From: Paraspadella gotoi
Lineage: Eukaryota > Animalia > Chaetognatha
DNA: 64,000 nt
Direction of reading: 5' to 3'
NCBI GenBank assembly: GCA_051294375.1
Contig: CM119269.1
Coordinates: 1-64,000 of the forward strand
Every line of letters begins with the position of its first letter. Positions within the stretch are counted from its first letter, which is position 1. Below, piece after piece: positions 1 through 11,696 of the stretch. The translations under genes were made by a program, and so were the position numbers. Under the pieces are notes generated by a model. The model did not search any database. It saw nothing but the letters and a program-made list of their open reading frames with translations, and was not told the DNA's origin.

Positions 1-224
1 CGTGACGCCGACGACGACGACGACGACGACGACGACTACGACTACATCACAAAGAAGCAATACTAAAACATTATAGAGCCTGACCCGGCTTCGCCGGTCA
101 TGGCTCGATAAAAACAAAAAGGAAAAAGAAAAAGAAACGTGATTAAAACTCTAGAATTGGAGGTATAAATTTGATTTTTTTCTAAATCAAAAGTTCCATA
201 AAATGAACGAACAAGAGAGAGAGC

Positions 225-260
<36 letters not shown>

Positions 261-1256
261 GAGAAAGAGAGAGAGAGCAAAAAAAAAACGGGAAACGAAT
301 AAAATTCCGCTTTGGAAAAAATATTTTTTTACGAGAAACCGTAACTAGAAAAGGGAAAGTACATTGATTTCTTTTCCCGCTGAGCTCCAGCCTCGCTGTC
401 GTTAAAACCTCTTTTCCTTTCCGCGTTACTTGAGAAAAAAAAAGTTTTATACGATGGAGAGATTTCAATCGTTCCAAATTCGAGGGTCAGGTTCTCTCTT
501 TCTCTCCCTCTCTCTCTCTCGTGTACATTTTACATTACAGTCTTGCTTTAACGGCCCGCTCTCGCTAAATTGTAATTATGAATCTGAAGTCGCCAAGAGA
601 AGAACGCCAATCCCCGGCTTGCTCCCACTCTCAGTGAGCCGTGTGGACCAGGAAGATCATTTGTCCAGTCGCCTTGCATTCCAAAAATCGGTTCCCGGCG
701 GAAAGCATCCTACCCGCTACCCGTACCATTTCGACTTTTAGGTTCGGAGGCGAAGCAATAGACCGTTGCACCGTTATTATCCCAATACCTCAACAGACTG
801 ATCCAAACGGGTAGCGATATTACGTCACCTGACACGACTGCGATTTCTTAGAAATGCTACCGACGACGACGATAGATCCAAAAAGGCCCTTCATCTTCTC
901 TCCGTCGAGACCAACGTATCATTTTTTTTTTGCCAGAAAATAAAGATGGAATTTTTTAAGCAAAACTCCCGCGGACGCCGGGCTTCGTTCCAATCGACGC
1001 TGCTGACGTCAAACGTCGAAAAACCGATGACGTCCCGAGAAAAAATGAGATTCGAAAAAGGAAACGCAGCGGGGGTGGAAAGGGGGGAGAAAAGAATAGA
1101 ACGGGGGCGCGGGTGAGGGGGGAGATAAAAAATAAAAAAGAAAAATGGAGGAAAAAAATTGATTCGAGGGAATTTAAAGGAGGAAAGGAGAAAAGGACTT
1201 TTTTACGCGAAGGGGGGGGACCATAAACGGATACCGTGGACAATCTCGTGGAATAA

Positions 1257-1319
<63 letters not shown>

Positions 1320-1361
1320 AGAGAGAGAGAGAAGAGAGAGAGAGAGATGAGAAAGAGAGAG

Positions 1362-1404
<43 letters not shown>

Positions 1405-3001
1405 GAGCGACAACTGTTAGCGGAAATGGCAATGAGATCATTCTACCGTCAAAAATCTATCCTAACTGACAGGGAAGTAACAGAGATGCAAGGACGTAAA
1501 AACAGATGGATGGACAGTTCAGTTGGGCACATTGGGACAGTTACAGGAAAGAATAGACACTGAGAGAAAAATGGCCAGAAGAAAAGAAAGAACAAGAAAG
1601 AAGAAAGGAAAGAAGAAAGAAAGAAAGAAAAGAAAGAAAGAAAGATAAGAAGAAAGAGGAAAGAAAGACATACAGACTGGGAGCCAACATTGACAGAGGG
1701 AAGATCAGAGAAGTAAATTGAAGACAAACAGACAGGTAGATCAATAGACAGAACCAGGAGAGAAAGAAATCCAAACAGAAAGACAAAGGATAATTCATAT
1801 CAAATAGTCATCGATCATCAAAAAGAAAAGTTTGCAATCCTAGCTTTTTTCAATACTCATTTTTTTGAAAAAAGAGGAAAGAAAAATCAAATAAATGAAC
1901 GAAAGGGAAAAACGAAAGAAAGAGAATGAAAATTTCGTTCATCGTCATTTGATGAGGGAAGAAGATTGATGATGATGATGATGATAACTTATAAAAATAA
2001 AAATGATAACTGAGTATGAACGAGCAACGAGGGCCTTGAAATTAAATGAACATGTCGCAGGCGTAACAGGGGAAAGGGGACGAGAAGAAGGAAAGAGAAG
2101 AGAGAGAGAGAGAGAAGAGTAGAGAGAGAAGAGAGAGAGAGAGAAAAGCAGAGAAGAAGAGAGAGGAAGATGCCTTAGAAACAATGATTAAGTCGTCAGC
2201 CACGGTGGGGTTTTCGTTAGGAGCCGAAGAAGAGGTTGAAATTAATCGGTTTTTCTTTTAATATAAAGTAATACATATAATTAGATAATGGATTAATAAT
2301 TATGATAAATAGATAAATAATAAATAGAATAATAATAATACGATTAATAGGATAAATAGATAATAGATATATAGGAATGGAGGATGATAAGACTTGCCAA
2401 AGACACTTGTTCAATAAATGAGCGAAACTCATTGTCACACAACTGAATGTCAAGACAGCCGTTGTTGGTGGTCTCCAGAGCGAAGAAGAGAGAGAGAGAG
2501 AGAGAGACGAGAGAGAGAGAGAGAGAAGAGAGAGAGAGAAGAGAGAGAGAGAAGAGAGACCACGTTTTAATCATCCTTGTTTCGAATTCCTCTTACGTCA
2601 TCAGACGAATCTCAAAGCAAAAAGATCACAAACAGATTTCGCTTTTTTTTTACGCCAATTTTGGTTCGAAATTCTCTGTTTTGAAAAGGAGGGAGTGGGG
2701 GGGCGGCGGAGATTAGGGGGAGAAAGAGGAAGACGAGGAAGAAAGAAGAGGGTTTCGGGATAGTATCGCATGCGCAATGAAATAAAAGAGAAAAAAAAGG
2801 GGAAAAAAGAAAGGGAAAGAAGGGAAAGAAGGGAAAAAAAGGAATCAGGAAGCCGAGTTGACATCGAGTCCTCAAATTTTTTCCGTTTGGTAGCGAATAA
2901 GGAAACGTTCTTTGCTCGGAGACTAAAGAAAATTTGAGCACGTTCGTACTTTTCAGGCCGTAATGGCTGCCGAGAAAGGGGAGAGAGCAGAGAAGAGAGA
3001 G

Positions 3002-3032
<31 letters not shown>

Positions 3033-3039
3033 AGAGAGA

Positions 3040-3096
3040 GAGAAGAGCCGAATTACATGAAATTACTTCCCATTACAAACCAATTAACTTTTGGAG

Positions 3097-3138
<42 letters not shown>

Positions 3139-3590
3139 GAGTGAAAAGAGAAAGAGAGAAGGAGAGAAGAGAGAGAGAAAGTTCATGAAATTGACTTCCA
3201 AATTACAACCAATGACACTTCGAGAGAAGCGGAGATGAAAGAAAGAGCGAATTTACATGAAATTACTTTCGCATTAAAGACCAATTAACAACTTTTTGAG
3301 AGAGAGACGAGAGGAGAGAAGAGCAGAAAGAGAGAGGAGAGCCAATTTACATGAAATATTTTCCATACAACCAAATTAACAACCTGAGAGAGAGAGAGAA
3401 AGGAGAGAGTGAAAGATGAAGAGAGCGAAGTTACACGAAATTACTTTCCATTACACATTCAACCTTTGAGAGTGAGTGAGAAGAGAGGAGAGAGGAGAGA
3501 GAGAGAGAGAGAGAAAGAGAGGAGAGAGGAGAGAGCGAATTTACAAACGAAATTACTTATTTCCATTACAACCAATTACAAACTTTTCGC
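3040..3590. repeat. Tandem array of ~6 units (GCGAATTTACATGAAATTACTTTCCCATTACAACCAATTAAC) separated by (GA)n tracts
   Basis: The motif recurs at ~3046, 3178, 3245, 3338, 3422 and 3533, with GA microsatellite between copies. Confidence 0.85.
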
Positions 3591-4279
3591 TAAGATAGTT
3601 AGTTTCATTTTTGATCAATGAATGCTCGTACTGTGGTTTTTAAACCGGATCTGCTTACCGTAGGCGATTCGCATTGTTCGCTCAACTATAATTTTAGGTT
3701 GACTATAAGATGTTTAGAACAATTGGGTTGAGGATTTTACTAAATCAAGGTGATAGTATCACGCAATGAGAATTCTGTCATACTCAAATCCATGCTTATA
3801 GGCCCCGTGGTCCTTGCTGCAATGCCGAGCTACGAATAAATATTTTTTCTACATAAAAAACTATTTTCAATAGCTCAAAAAAAGTCTTTAACAATAATCC
3901 TTATACGAACCGTGAAACTGGCCCATGATTATTTGTACAGTTCGATTGTTGGCTAGCCCGAGAGGGCCGGATAAATTTGAAACGACGATGAAAAAATCGA
4001 AGATATCGACAATAAACGACGAAACGACGACGACACTACGACGACGACGACCAACGATCGACGACGAGACGAAAGACGACATCCATCTGTCGAATAAGAA
4101 ATTCTTTGGGATTTCCTTTGCATGTGGAAATTCCATTCGCTTCCAACGATTGAAGTCTTACCGCTTCGTGCCGGTTAAGGGAGCGAATGGCGCGGGTTGA
4201 CAGAGTGGAGCCACCGTCTGCCGGCTGGAAGCTAAATTTAAAAAAAAAGGGGAATTTTTAATGGGAAACGGTGGAATAT

Positions 4280-4588
4280 ATCATCGCAGGAAGATCAAGC
4301 CAACCAAAAGCAATTCGGACACAAGCACGTTTTGATCCCGACAGAATTGGAATCAATGATTTGGTTGAAGCGGAATCGGAATCGACCCACAAACGCTTTG
4401 CAGAAACAAATGATTTTGTAAAACCCCTTGCCTCTATTCCTCTTCCTCTAGATATAAATAGACCTAGCTTCCTTAGTTTCAGAGAATTGATCTGACTCCT
4501 GCGCCGTGTCTCACCCGCACTATTTTTATTCTCAGAATAAATCTCGTTTTAGTATTCACTCAAAACCCATGAGTTTTTCCTTTAAATG
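4280..4588 (+). repeat. 5' LTR
   Basis: Aligns end to end with 12360-12667 (ATCGCAGG...CCCATGAGTTTTTCCTT). TATAAA at 4453, AATAAA at 4536. Differences between LTRs are mostly 1-nt indels. Confidence 0.92.
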
Positions 4589-4602
4589 TGGTTGACAGGA
4601 CT
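4589..4602 (+). promoter_or_regulatory. Putative primer-binding site (TGGTTGACAGGACT), loosely tRNA-Leu(CAG)-like
   Basis: TGG directly follows the 5' LTR. Imperfect match to TGGTGTCAGGAGT, so the primer identity is uncertain. Confidence 0.5.
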
Positions 4603-4653
4603 TCTGGCAAGACTCACCACTCCTCCGAAAAAGCCACGACCACGCCACCCCAA

Positions 4654-6484
4654 ATGGATCCTATGCCCCCAGCTTCCACCTCCGCCGGAAAACCTCCACC
4701 GGCAATCCCAGCGCCAAAAGGAAATTGGACGGAATGGCGGGATCCAAACAAAACAACGCCAAAGTTGTTCCACGACGATGACGGTAGCAGTGTGGAAGAC
4801 GACGACTTAATCCGTACGTTCGAGATGCCGCCCGAATTGGCAAAGCACTGCAGACTCACCACAAAAGAAGGAGTCATCGCAAAACAGATCATGCAAATCG
4901 TCAACGAAGCAAATATAAAGAATCAAAATAAAATAGATTCGATCACCAAAGAACTTCACGCCATGGACTCAAAAATAAATTCCATGGACAAAAACATGGT
5001 GGAGGTGGCTCCAAAACTGGACGCCATCCTCGTCAGACTGGGTATCAACATCGAAGAGGCGTCACAGGCCAAAGCGCCTCCACCGGCGTCGTCGATCTAC
5101 CCCACGCTTCCCGGTACCCATCAACACGTTGAGATGCCTATTCAACGCAANNNNNNNNNNAGACCTCACGACGACGTCAGATCGGAAGGCGGCGCCAGTG
5201 AGCCGCCAAGCTATACCTCCAGTGAACGCCCAATCAAATTGGAAAAAAGAGGAAAAGATGAAACCCCGGAGCAATATCTCCGAAACTTTTATCAAGCCTA
5301 CAGAAATTCCACGGCGTCGCCCAACAAGATTGACGAGCAGCTCCGAGCCATCCTTGCCCAAGACAAGGAAGCGACGAGATTTACAATTGAAATCAACAAC
5401 AGCCGCTGGCTCGGACTACGCGCAATTTTTGAAGCCTNNNNNNNNNNGATAGCTGAAGCAGATAAGTTGGCAACGCTCTCCGTCGACCCGTCGATCCACT
5501 CCAGATACGGAGTCGCCCTCGTAAATGAAGCGCTCGAAAAATATGAAAATGTTCGTGAGAAAGATAAAGCGTCTATTCCAGATTATGCCGCGCAGCTCCT
5601 CGTGAAAGCCTTGGAACCTTATATGCATGGAATAACGACCAAAACTCTGGAATGGACTTATTTGTTAGAACGTCAACAATATCTCGACCTTGGACGAGAG
5701 ATCGAATACAGGTTAAAAGGTTACCTGACAAGCGGCGCCGAAACCGAAAGGATAAGGAAAACAGTCAACACGGTTTCTGGAGAGGATAAAGAGAAATTGG
5801 TCAGTGCCCTTGTCACCAAGGGCCTCACCGACCAGGACCCAACAGCTAGCGCCACAGCCTTTTATCAAGGAACCATGCTCCAAGAATTAAATAACGTAAA
5901 CGAATCTATCAGGGAAATGCGGCGCCAAATCGAAAAACCGACTCGTTTCAAGGATGACCAACACGGCGAACGACGCCGCGATGACCGCGCGTACAATGAC
6001 CGCGATGACCGCCGCTACAGCGACCGCCGTTTCGACGACCGCCGCCAAGACGACCGCCACTACGACGACCGCCAGCGTGGAGAAACAAAGCGCTTCGAGA
6101 AAGGCCCCAACTCAAAGGGAACCTGGGAAAAACTATAAAGGCGGCCGAGGTTGGCGCGACGATGATAAAAGAGGGAAGAGATTCTCGAAATTCGGAAAAA
6201 GACGGGATGTTGTTTTTGTAAATGAAGATTTAGATATTGATTCCACTGATGATGATACTTTCACTGTTAATAAAGAAAAATTGTACTACCCCGTCGTCGT
6301 TGACCAGAGAAAGAGAAAGACAGAAAGAAACCAAAAGCCTAAGCAAGCTTATCAAAGACTGGGCAAAGAGATAAGCTCAAAGGAAGCCCTCATCGAAAAT
6401 AGACGAGATGTACTTAGAATTAAAGGCTTGGCAGAAATTGCAAATAGCTTCAAAGGAAGGTCAACATCAGCGAGAAATGCATAA
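4654..6484 (+). CDS. gag: Gag-like protein (frameshifted near 6130; contains two 10-N gaps)
   Basis: First ATG at 4654 in ORF 4588-6138. Pro-rich N-terminus, coiled-coil-like segment and RD-rich C-terminus. Continues in the +1 frame (5954-6484) after the GGGAAAAAC homopolymer. Lies between the PBS and pol. Confidence 0.75.
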
Positions 6485-6743
6485 GTTGCTCAGTACTTCA
6501 ACGCGAGATGAACTGATAGTAATAAACAAAATGATTCATCAAATGGGCTGGAGAAACTGGAACGAACCAGTGAAGGCGAAAAGAGGGCCAGAATTAACCG
6601 ATCTAAAGCCTGCGCCAAGCTAGCCAGAAGGGCGGAACGGAAAGAAATAAAAAACGATACTACTCCTCCTCCTCCTCTTTCAACTCCATCTCCAGCTCCT
6701 GCTCCTCCTCCGATTCAACAACAAAAAGGCCAAACCCCAGGCG

Positions 6744-9700
6744 ATGCGAGCGCCTTGGGCTCAGGAGATTAAAGCCTACAGGCGGACCTGTCACCCGACA
6801 TATAACATTATCAAAGGCGAGTTTAATGGAGAATCCCTTCATCAGGCCACTATTAGGAGAATAGAAACTGAAATTCACGAACCAGAAAATTTCCTCCCGC
6901 CTCAACCGACCATCGAAACAACGAAAGATGAGAAAGAATTACCTCCCTTGCCAACTAAGGTGAGTGCAAGGGTCATCACTGAGACCAAAGGCCCGGCGCC
7001 ACGTGACGACACCGGAAATGCGTTACACGCTGGAAAAAACAGTTACATCCCCGTCGTCATTAGTGGTGCCCCAGCAAGCTGCTTATATGATACAGGGGCC
7101 TCTATAAACACTATCCCAAGGAAATTTGTCGAAAAATGGGGTTTAGCCACTCAAATTTATCACGGAAAAGCGTTAAAGCTCTCGACAGCAACCGGGACCA
7201 TCATATTGACTGAGAGGATAAATGTCAGGATAATGTTCCAAACCTGGATCTTGAAAACAGTGTTTTATATCTCAGCTGATGAAAACGACCAGGACATCAT
7301 TATCGGCACGGCAATTACCAACCCTGGCCCACCCAACCAAATGTGGGTGGTACAACCATCAATAACAAGAGATGATCTACAGATGGCGTCGATGGATGGA
7401 AAACCCATCACTCATCTCTTTCAAGACAAGCACGAGGCACTCAAAGCAGCCAGATGGATGGCTAGAAGAAATATCGACGACCAAATTGAGCTCCCACTCC
7501 ACGTTCAAAAAGGAGAAGATGGTCAAATGAGGTTAACTGCTGACCGGACTTATTGGAAAACGTTAGCCAGCTCAAGATGGATAATACAATCATCAAACGG
7601 TGAAAACATCCACATAGTGAATGGGGACGACCTCAGAGATGGCGTCGAGGTAAAGGCCAACCCAGGAAAATGGGGCTATGCCTTCCCCCTAATAACAACC
7701 GAGGCAAAATCAGAACTTGGTCTAGAGACTGACAACGCCGTCGAACCGGTCCAAGCTGATCTTAGCGGAGAGAAACCACACCTCAGAAAGGTGAGAAAGG
7801 AGAATATCCCGCCAACAACCATTGTTCATCACAAACCCACCGAAGAAGAACTAGAAGCGGTAAGAAAGGCTGGCCAAGCCCGAAAAGAAAAACATGATGC
7901 AAGAGGAAAAGAGGCGTTTTTAAAACCTTTCAAGGATGTTGATCCTTCCCTAGCCGATAAAGCTCCACTAGTATGGGAAATAGTGTGGGAATTCAGAGAT
8001 GTTTTCGGCGAAAGCATCAATGACTGCAAGGAAGGATTTTTAAATTACAAGGTCGACCTTGGATTTACTGAGGAGGATCTCCCCAAACCACGTTTTGTAA
8101 ATCAAGGACCAGTCAAGAAGGCAGCTTTAAAACGTTACCTCGAAGTGTATGAGAATGCCGGAATCGTTTCCAGAACAAGAAATGAAGCATACTCGAACGC
8201 CTTTCTAATAAAGAAACCAGGCCACATTGCGGAGGGACAAGATGAAATGTCCGATGAAACATTTGCAAAACAGTGGAGACTGATATGCGACTTATCGGCT
8301 GTCAATAACAATATCTCCACTTACGCAACGGAACCACAAACAATAACTTCGATCCTTGAACAATATAAACCTCATGAACTCCAATGCTCACTGGATATAT
8401 TAGCCTGCTTCCATCAGGTAAACCTCACGGAAAGATGCAAGCGCGTCACCACCTTCGCNNNNNNNNNNCATAACTGGTGGATGAACAAGCTCCCAATGGG
8501 AGGTGTAAATAGTGTAAATGTTCTGCAAGCTATTCTCGATGAGATTTTCAAAGATCTTGGAAAAGACGTAAAGAGTTTCTTAGTATACGTGGATGACTTA
8601 ATCCTTACCGCCAAATCGGCGGAAGACATGGCCGAAAGATTACGTGAGCTGCTTCAAAAATGCAGAGATGAAAATGTTGTGCTCAAATGGACGAAGAGTG
8701 TACTACTTCGGAAAGAGGATATCAAGATCCTCGGCTTCAGCATTTCCAACAGCAAGCTCCTCCCCCAAAGGGAAAAACTCGAGGCTGCGGAAATCAAACT
8801 CAAAAACATAAAGACTCAGAAAGACCTGAGGGCTATGTTGGCCTCACTAAACTATTACAGATGTTTCACACACAGATTTTCGTATATAGCACAACCTTTA
8901 CATGCTCTCACATTGCTGGACAAAAAGGATTTCAAATTAACTGAAAGCCACAAAGAAATGCTCCAGCTTCTCATTGAGGAAATCAAAACCTCACCGGGGC
9001 TCAATTTTCTCAATGATCAAAGAATCAGGCAAGGCTCTTACAGGATTTATGCTGATGCAAGCTCCACAGCAATGGGCGGGCTGATCACAGCCACAGCTGA
9101 TGGAATAGAGTACCCTCTTTCCTTTCACTCGAAATCCTTCCCCGAAGAATATCGAATCAAACACATTAACATCCTCGAGACGCTGGCATTCAACATGATG
9201 GTGAGGAAGTACAAAGGCTACACGTGCGGCCGAAGAGTCACCTTGGTAACGGACTCTCAATACTTCAAAAGAGTCATGGACCTCCAACACGATAAGCAGC
9301 AATTACTTCCCACAAACGTCCTCCGANNNNNNNNNNAGATAAAACAGGAGTGCCAACCAAAGGAAGTTGTGCTGGTGAAGAGCGAAGACAACCCAGCCGA
9401 CTTCCTCACCCGCTTCACTGAACAAGGTCAAATCACACCCTTGGATACTCCCTTCTTCCCCGCTGGTTTTGACGTAGAGGGCAATTACGAACCTGGATAT
9501 GCCGAAAACCCAGCTGGGGACAGCGAGACGCCAACACACCTTGACCTAATCACGGGCCACGCCCCAACACTCACCTTGATGGCGCAAATTCTAGAACAGG
9601 AAACTAAAGTCTTCAGAACTAGATTTTTTGAGTTCACAAGACAAAGCTTTGAAAAAAGAAAAAGAAATATGGAGAAACTTTACGGAAAAACCAAAACGAA

Positions 9701-11696
9701 AGATGCAGATACTTTCATTCGCACAATATCAGCAAAAGACTGGACCCTCGGTCATCCAGAGCTCGAGATGCTGGCCGAGATGACCGGCATCAACATCGTA
9801 ATGCTTGACGAAGACAACACAAGCCAAACTGGTTGCAAGTATGAACGCCATTACCGGGCTAACCGAGCGGACAGAACGATAAAGGTTTTCAGAACCATCA
9901 CAGGCCAGGTCAGCTTAGTTGGTGATTCTGAAAGATCAAATCAATTACGCCCAATAAAGCCCGATGACTTGAAGGTCATCGAACTAGGAAATCTAAAACC
10001 AGCCGAAAACAGAGGAAGACCAAAGAAGCAAAAGACAGAAACGAAACACATTAGTGAAGCTCCGACGGACTTATTAAACATATGCATCCAAAACCAAATG
10101 GAAACAGGATATGTCAACAAGGCACCTTCTGATTTATTACATATAAATTTCGGAGACGCCACGACCATCCCCATACAAGGCGGAAATGACGAAAACGATG
10201 TGGTAGAAAAAGTCCCAATAAACTGGCCAGGAGCAGAAGAGGAAGCATTCATCGACAGCGCCATGGAAGCGGATGTTGACGTTACTCCACGAGAACTTGA
10301 AGAGGAAATTCAGAATCCACATAAAAAAGTTTTTTCGTTAATCCCAATGGCACGGGAAGTCAGAGATTGGCAACAAGCTAATGATTCATTCAAAAAAGTC
10401 ATAAACAAAATAAAAGAAGGCAACAAGGAAGAAGCGAAAGACGTGCTCAGTAAAACGAAAGAAAAAGGAAAAAACGCCGCAGAAAGATATCTCTCCAACT
10501 GCCTTGAGGATCTAGAAGTCACCCCGGACAACATCCTCATCATCAGGGGTTACAAAGGCGACACTCCCACCCACAGATTCGTGGTCCCTCCCGAGAAGGC
10601 AGAAGTAATCACGAAACGTCTACACAACCATTTTGGGCACCCTGGGCGAGACAGAACAGCCTTCATCACGGCTCAATACATCTCGGCGCCTGGACTAGCG
10701 ACTGCAGCGGCAAAAGTGGTTAGAAACTGCGAAAATTGTGCAATGGCAACCGACCAACAAAAAAACAATGAAACACCGTCGGCATCAAATCTCGCTATTT
10801 CACCGTGGGAATCTCTATGCATCGATGTGATGCACCTCCCAACCGTCTCCGGCTACAAATATGCCCTCATCGCTTCTGACAATGCATCCGCATATACCTG
10901 GGCAATCCCACTCAAACGCGCGGATGCCGACAGTTTGATAAAAGCATTAGATGAAAATATTTTCCTTCTACACGGATCTTATCTTGAAGTCAACTTCGAC
11001 GGCGCCACTCAACTCAACGGCTCCACAATGAAATCGATCCTAAATCTCCTAGATATTGTTGGCCGAAAAGTCTTAGTGGGAAGAAAAAACAGCAACAGGG
11101 CCGAAAGGGATATCGGCAGGATCAGGCAAGCCCTACGCAAGGCCATAGAAGATCAACCAAATCATTGGCTTGAAGTACTACCACAACTAATGTTACTCTT
11201 AAATGCTACGCCAATAGTCGGCTGGAAAACCGACATGTCTCCTCATGAGATCCAATTCGGACATAGGCCAAGGATTGTCGAAAATGCTGACGACTACACA
11301 AAAAGATCACTCGTCGACTATGTAAGAAACAGAGCAGACAAACGCGAAACAGCTGAAAAAAAACTAGCTGAGCAAAGGCAAAACCTCTTCAGACAAAGTT
11401 CTCGACGTAATCCTTATAGAAAGCCACAAAAGATAAAAGTGGGAGACCTCGTATTGGCAAGACGGGATCTCGTAACCACAGGCGCAACCCTCGCTGAAAA
11501 CAAGGTGAAACGCATCTACACGGGCCCCCACAAAGTCATTCAGAAAGATGAAAATCATTACGTTATCCTCATAAATGGTCAAAGGTCAAGGTACCATAGA
11601 CGTCGTTTAAAACCTTACCCTGCGCAAAACGAGGACTCTATCGGAATAATTATAGTCTCACCAGTTAATACTCAACTAGCTGTAGCAACAAAATAA
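6744..11696 (+). CDS. pol: Pol polyprotein: aspartic protease, RT, RNase H, OTU-like insert, integrase
   Basis: LYDTGAS (~7083), WRLICDL, LDILACFHQV, LPMG, YVDD (8586), YADASS (~9050), DNPADFLTR, HHCC (HNHFGH...CENC, ~10623), D-D-E (CIDV, NFDG, RAER), YTGPHKV (GPY/F-type). Two 10-N gaps inside; true start uncertain. Confidence 0.95.
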   Translation: MRAPWAQEIKAYRRTCHPTYNIIKGEFNGESLHQATIRRIETEIHEPENFLPPQPTIETTKDEKELPPLPTKVSARVITETKGPAPRDDTGNALHAGKNSYIPVVISGAPASCLYDTGASINTIPRKFVEKWGLATQIYHGKALKLSTATGTIILTERINVRIMFQTWILKTVFYISADENDQDIIIGTAITNPGPPNQMWVVQPSITRDDLQMASMDGKPITHLFQDKHEALKAARWMARRNIDDQIELPLHVQKGEDGQMRLTADRTYWKTLASSRWIIQSSNGENIHIVNGDDLRDGVEVKANPGKWGYAFPLITTEAKSELGLETDNAVEPVQADLSGEKPHLRKVRKENIPPTTIVHHKPTEEELEAVRKAGQARKEKHDARGKEAFLKPFKDVDPSLADKAPLVWEIVWEFRDVFGESINDCKEGFLNYKVDLGFTEEDLPKPRFVNQGPVKKAALKRYLEVYENAGIVSRTRNEAYSNAFLIKKPGHIAEGQDEMSDETFAKQWRLICDLSAVNNNISTYATEPQTITSILEQYKPHELQCSLDILACFHQVNLTERCKRVTTFXXXXHNWWMNKLPMGGVNSVNVLQAILDEIFKDLGKDVKSFLVYVDDLILTAKSAEDMAERLRELLQKCRDENVVLKWTKSVLLRKEDIKILGFSISNSKLLPQREKLEAAEIKLKNIKTQKDLRAMLASLNYYRCFTHRFSYIAQPLHALTLLDKKDFKLTESHKEMLQLLIEEIKTSPGLNFLNDQRIRQGSYRIYADASSTAMGGLITATADGIEYPLSFHSKSFPEEYRIKHINILETLAFNMMVRKYKGYTCGRRVTLVTDSQYFKRVMDLQHDKQQLLPTNVLRXXXXIKQECQPKEVVLVKSEDNPADFLTRFTEQGQITPLDTPFFPAGFDVEGNYEPGYAENPAGDSETPTHLDLITGHAPTLTLMAQILEQETKVFRTRFFEFTRQSFEKRKRNMEKLYGKTKTKDADTFIRTISAKDWTLGHPELEMLAEMTGINIVMLDEDNTSQTGCKYERHYRANRADRTIKVFRTITGQVSLVGDSERSNQLRPIKPDDLKVIELGNLKPAENRGRPKKQKTETKHISEAPTDLLNICIQNQMETGYVNKAPSDLLHINFGDATTIPIQGGNDENDVVEKVPINWPGAEEEAFIDSAMEADVDVTPRELEEEIQNPHKKVFSLIPMAREVRDWQQANDSFKKVINKIKEGNKEEAKDVLSKTKEKGKNAAERYLSNCLEDLEVTPDNILIIRGYKGDTPTHRFVVPPEKAEVITKRLHNHFGHPGRDRTAFITAQYISAPGLATAAAKVVRNCENCAMATDQQKNNETPSASNLAISPWESLCIDVMHLPTVSGYKYALIASDNASAYTWAIPLKRADADSLIKALDENIFLLHGSYLEVNFDGATQLNGSTMKSILNLLDIVGRKVLVGRKNSNRAERDIGRIRQALRKAIEDQPNHWLEVLPQLMLLLNATPIVGWKTDMSPHEIQFGHRPRIVENADDYTKRSLVDYVRNRADKRETAEKKLAEQRQNLFRQSSRRNPYRKPQKIKVGDLVLARRDLVTTGATLAENKVKRIYTGPHKVIQKDENHYVILINGQRSRYHRRRLKPYPAQNEDSIGIIIVSPVNTQLAVATK

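Noticed and set aside
6120-6140. Programmed -1 frameshift at GGGAAAAAC
   Set aside because: The continuing frame is +1 relative to gag and the heptamer is out of phase; a homopolymer indel is simpler.
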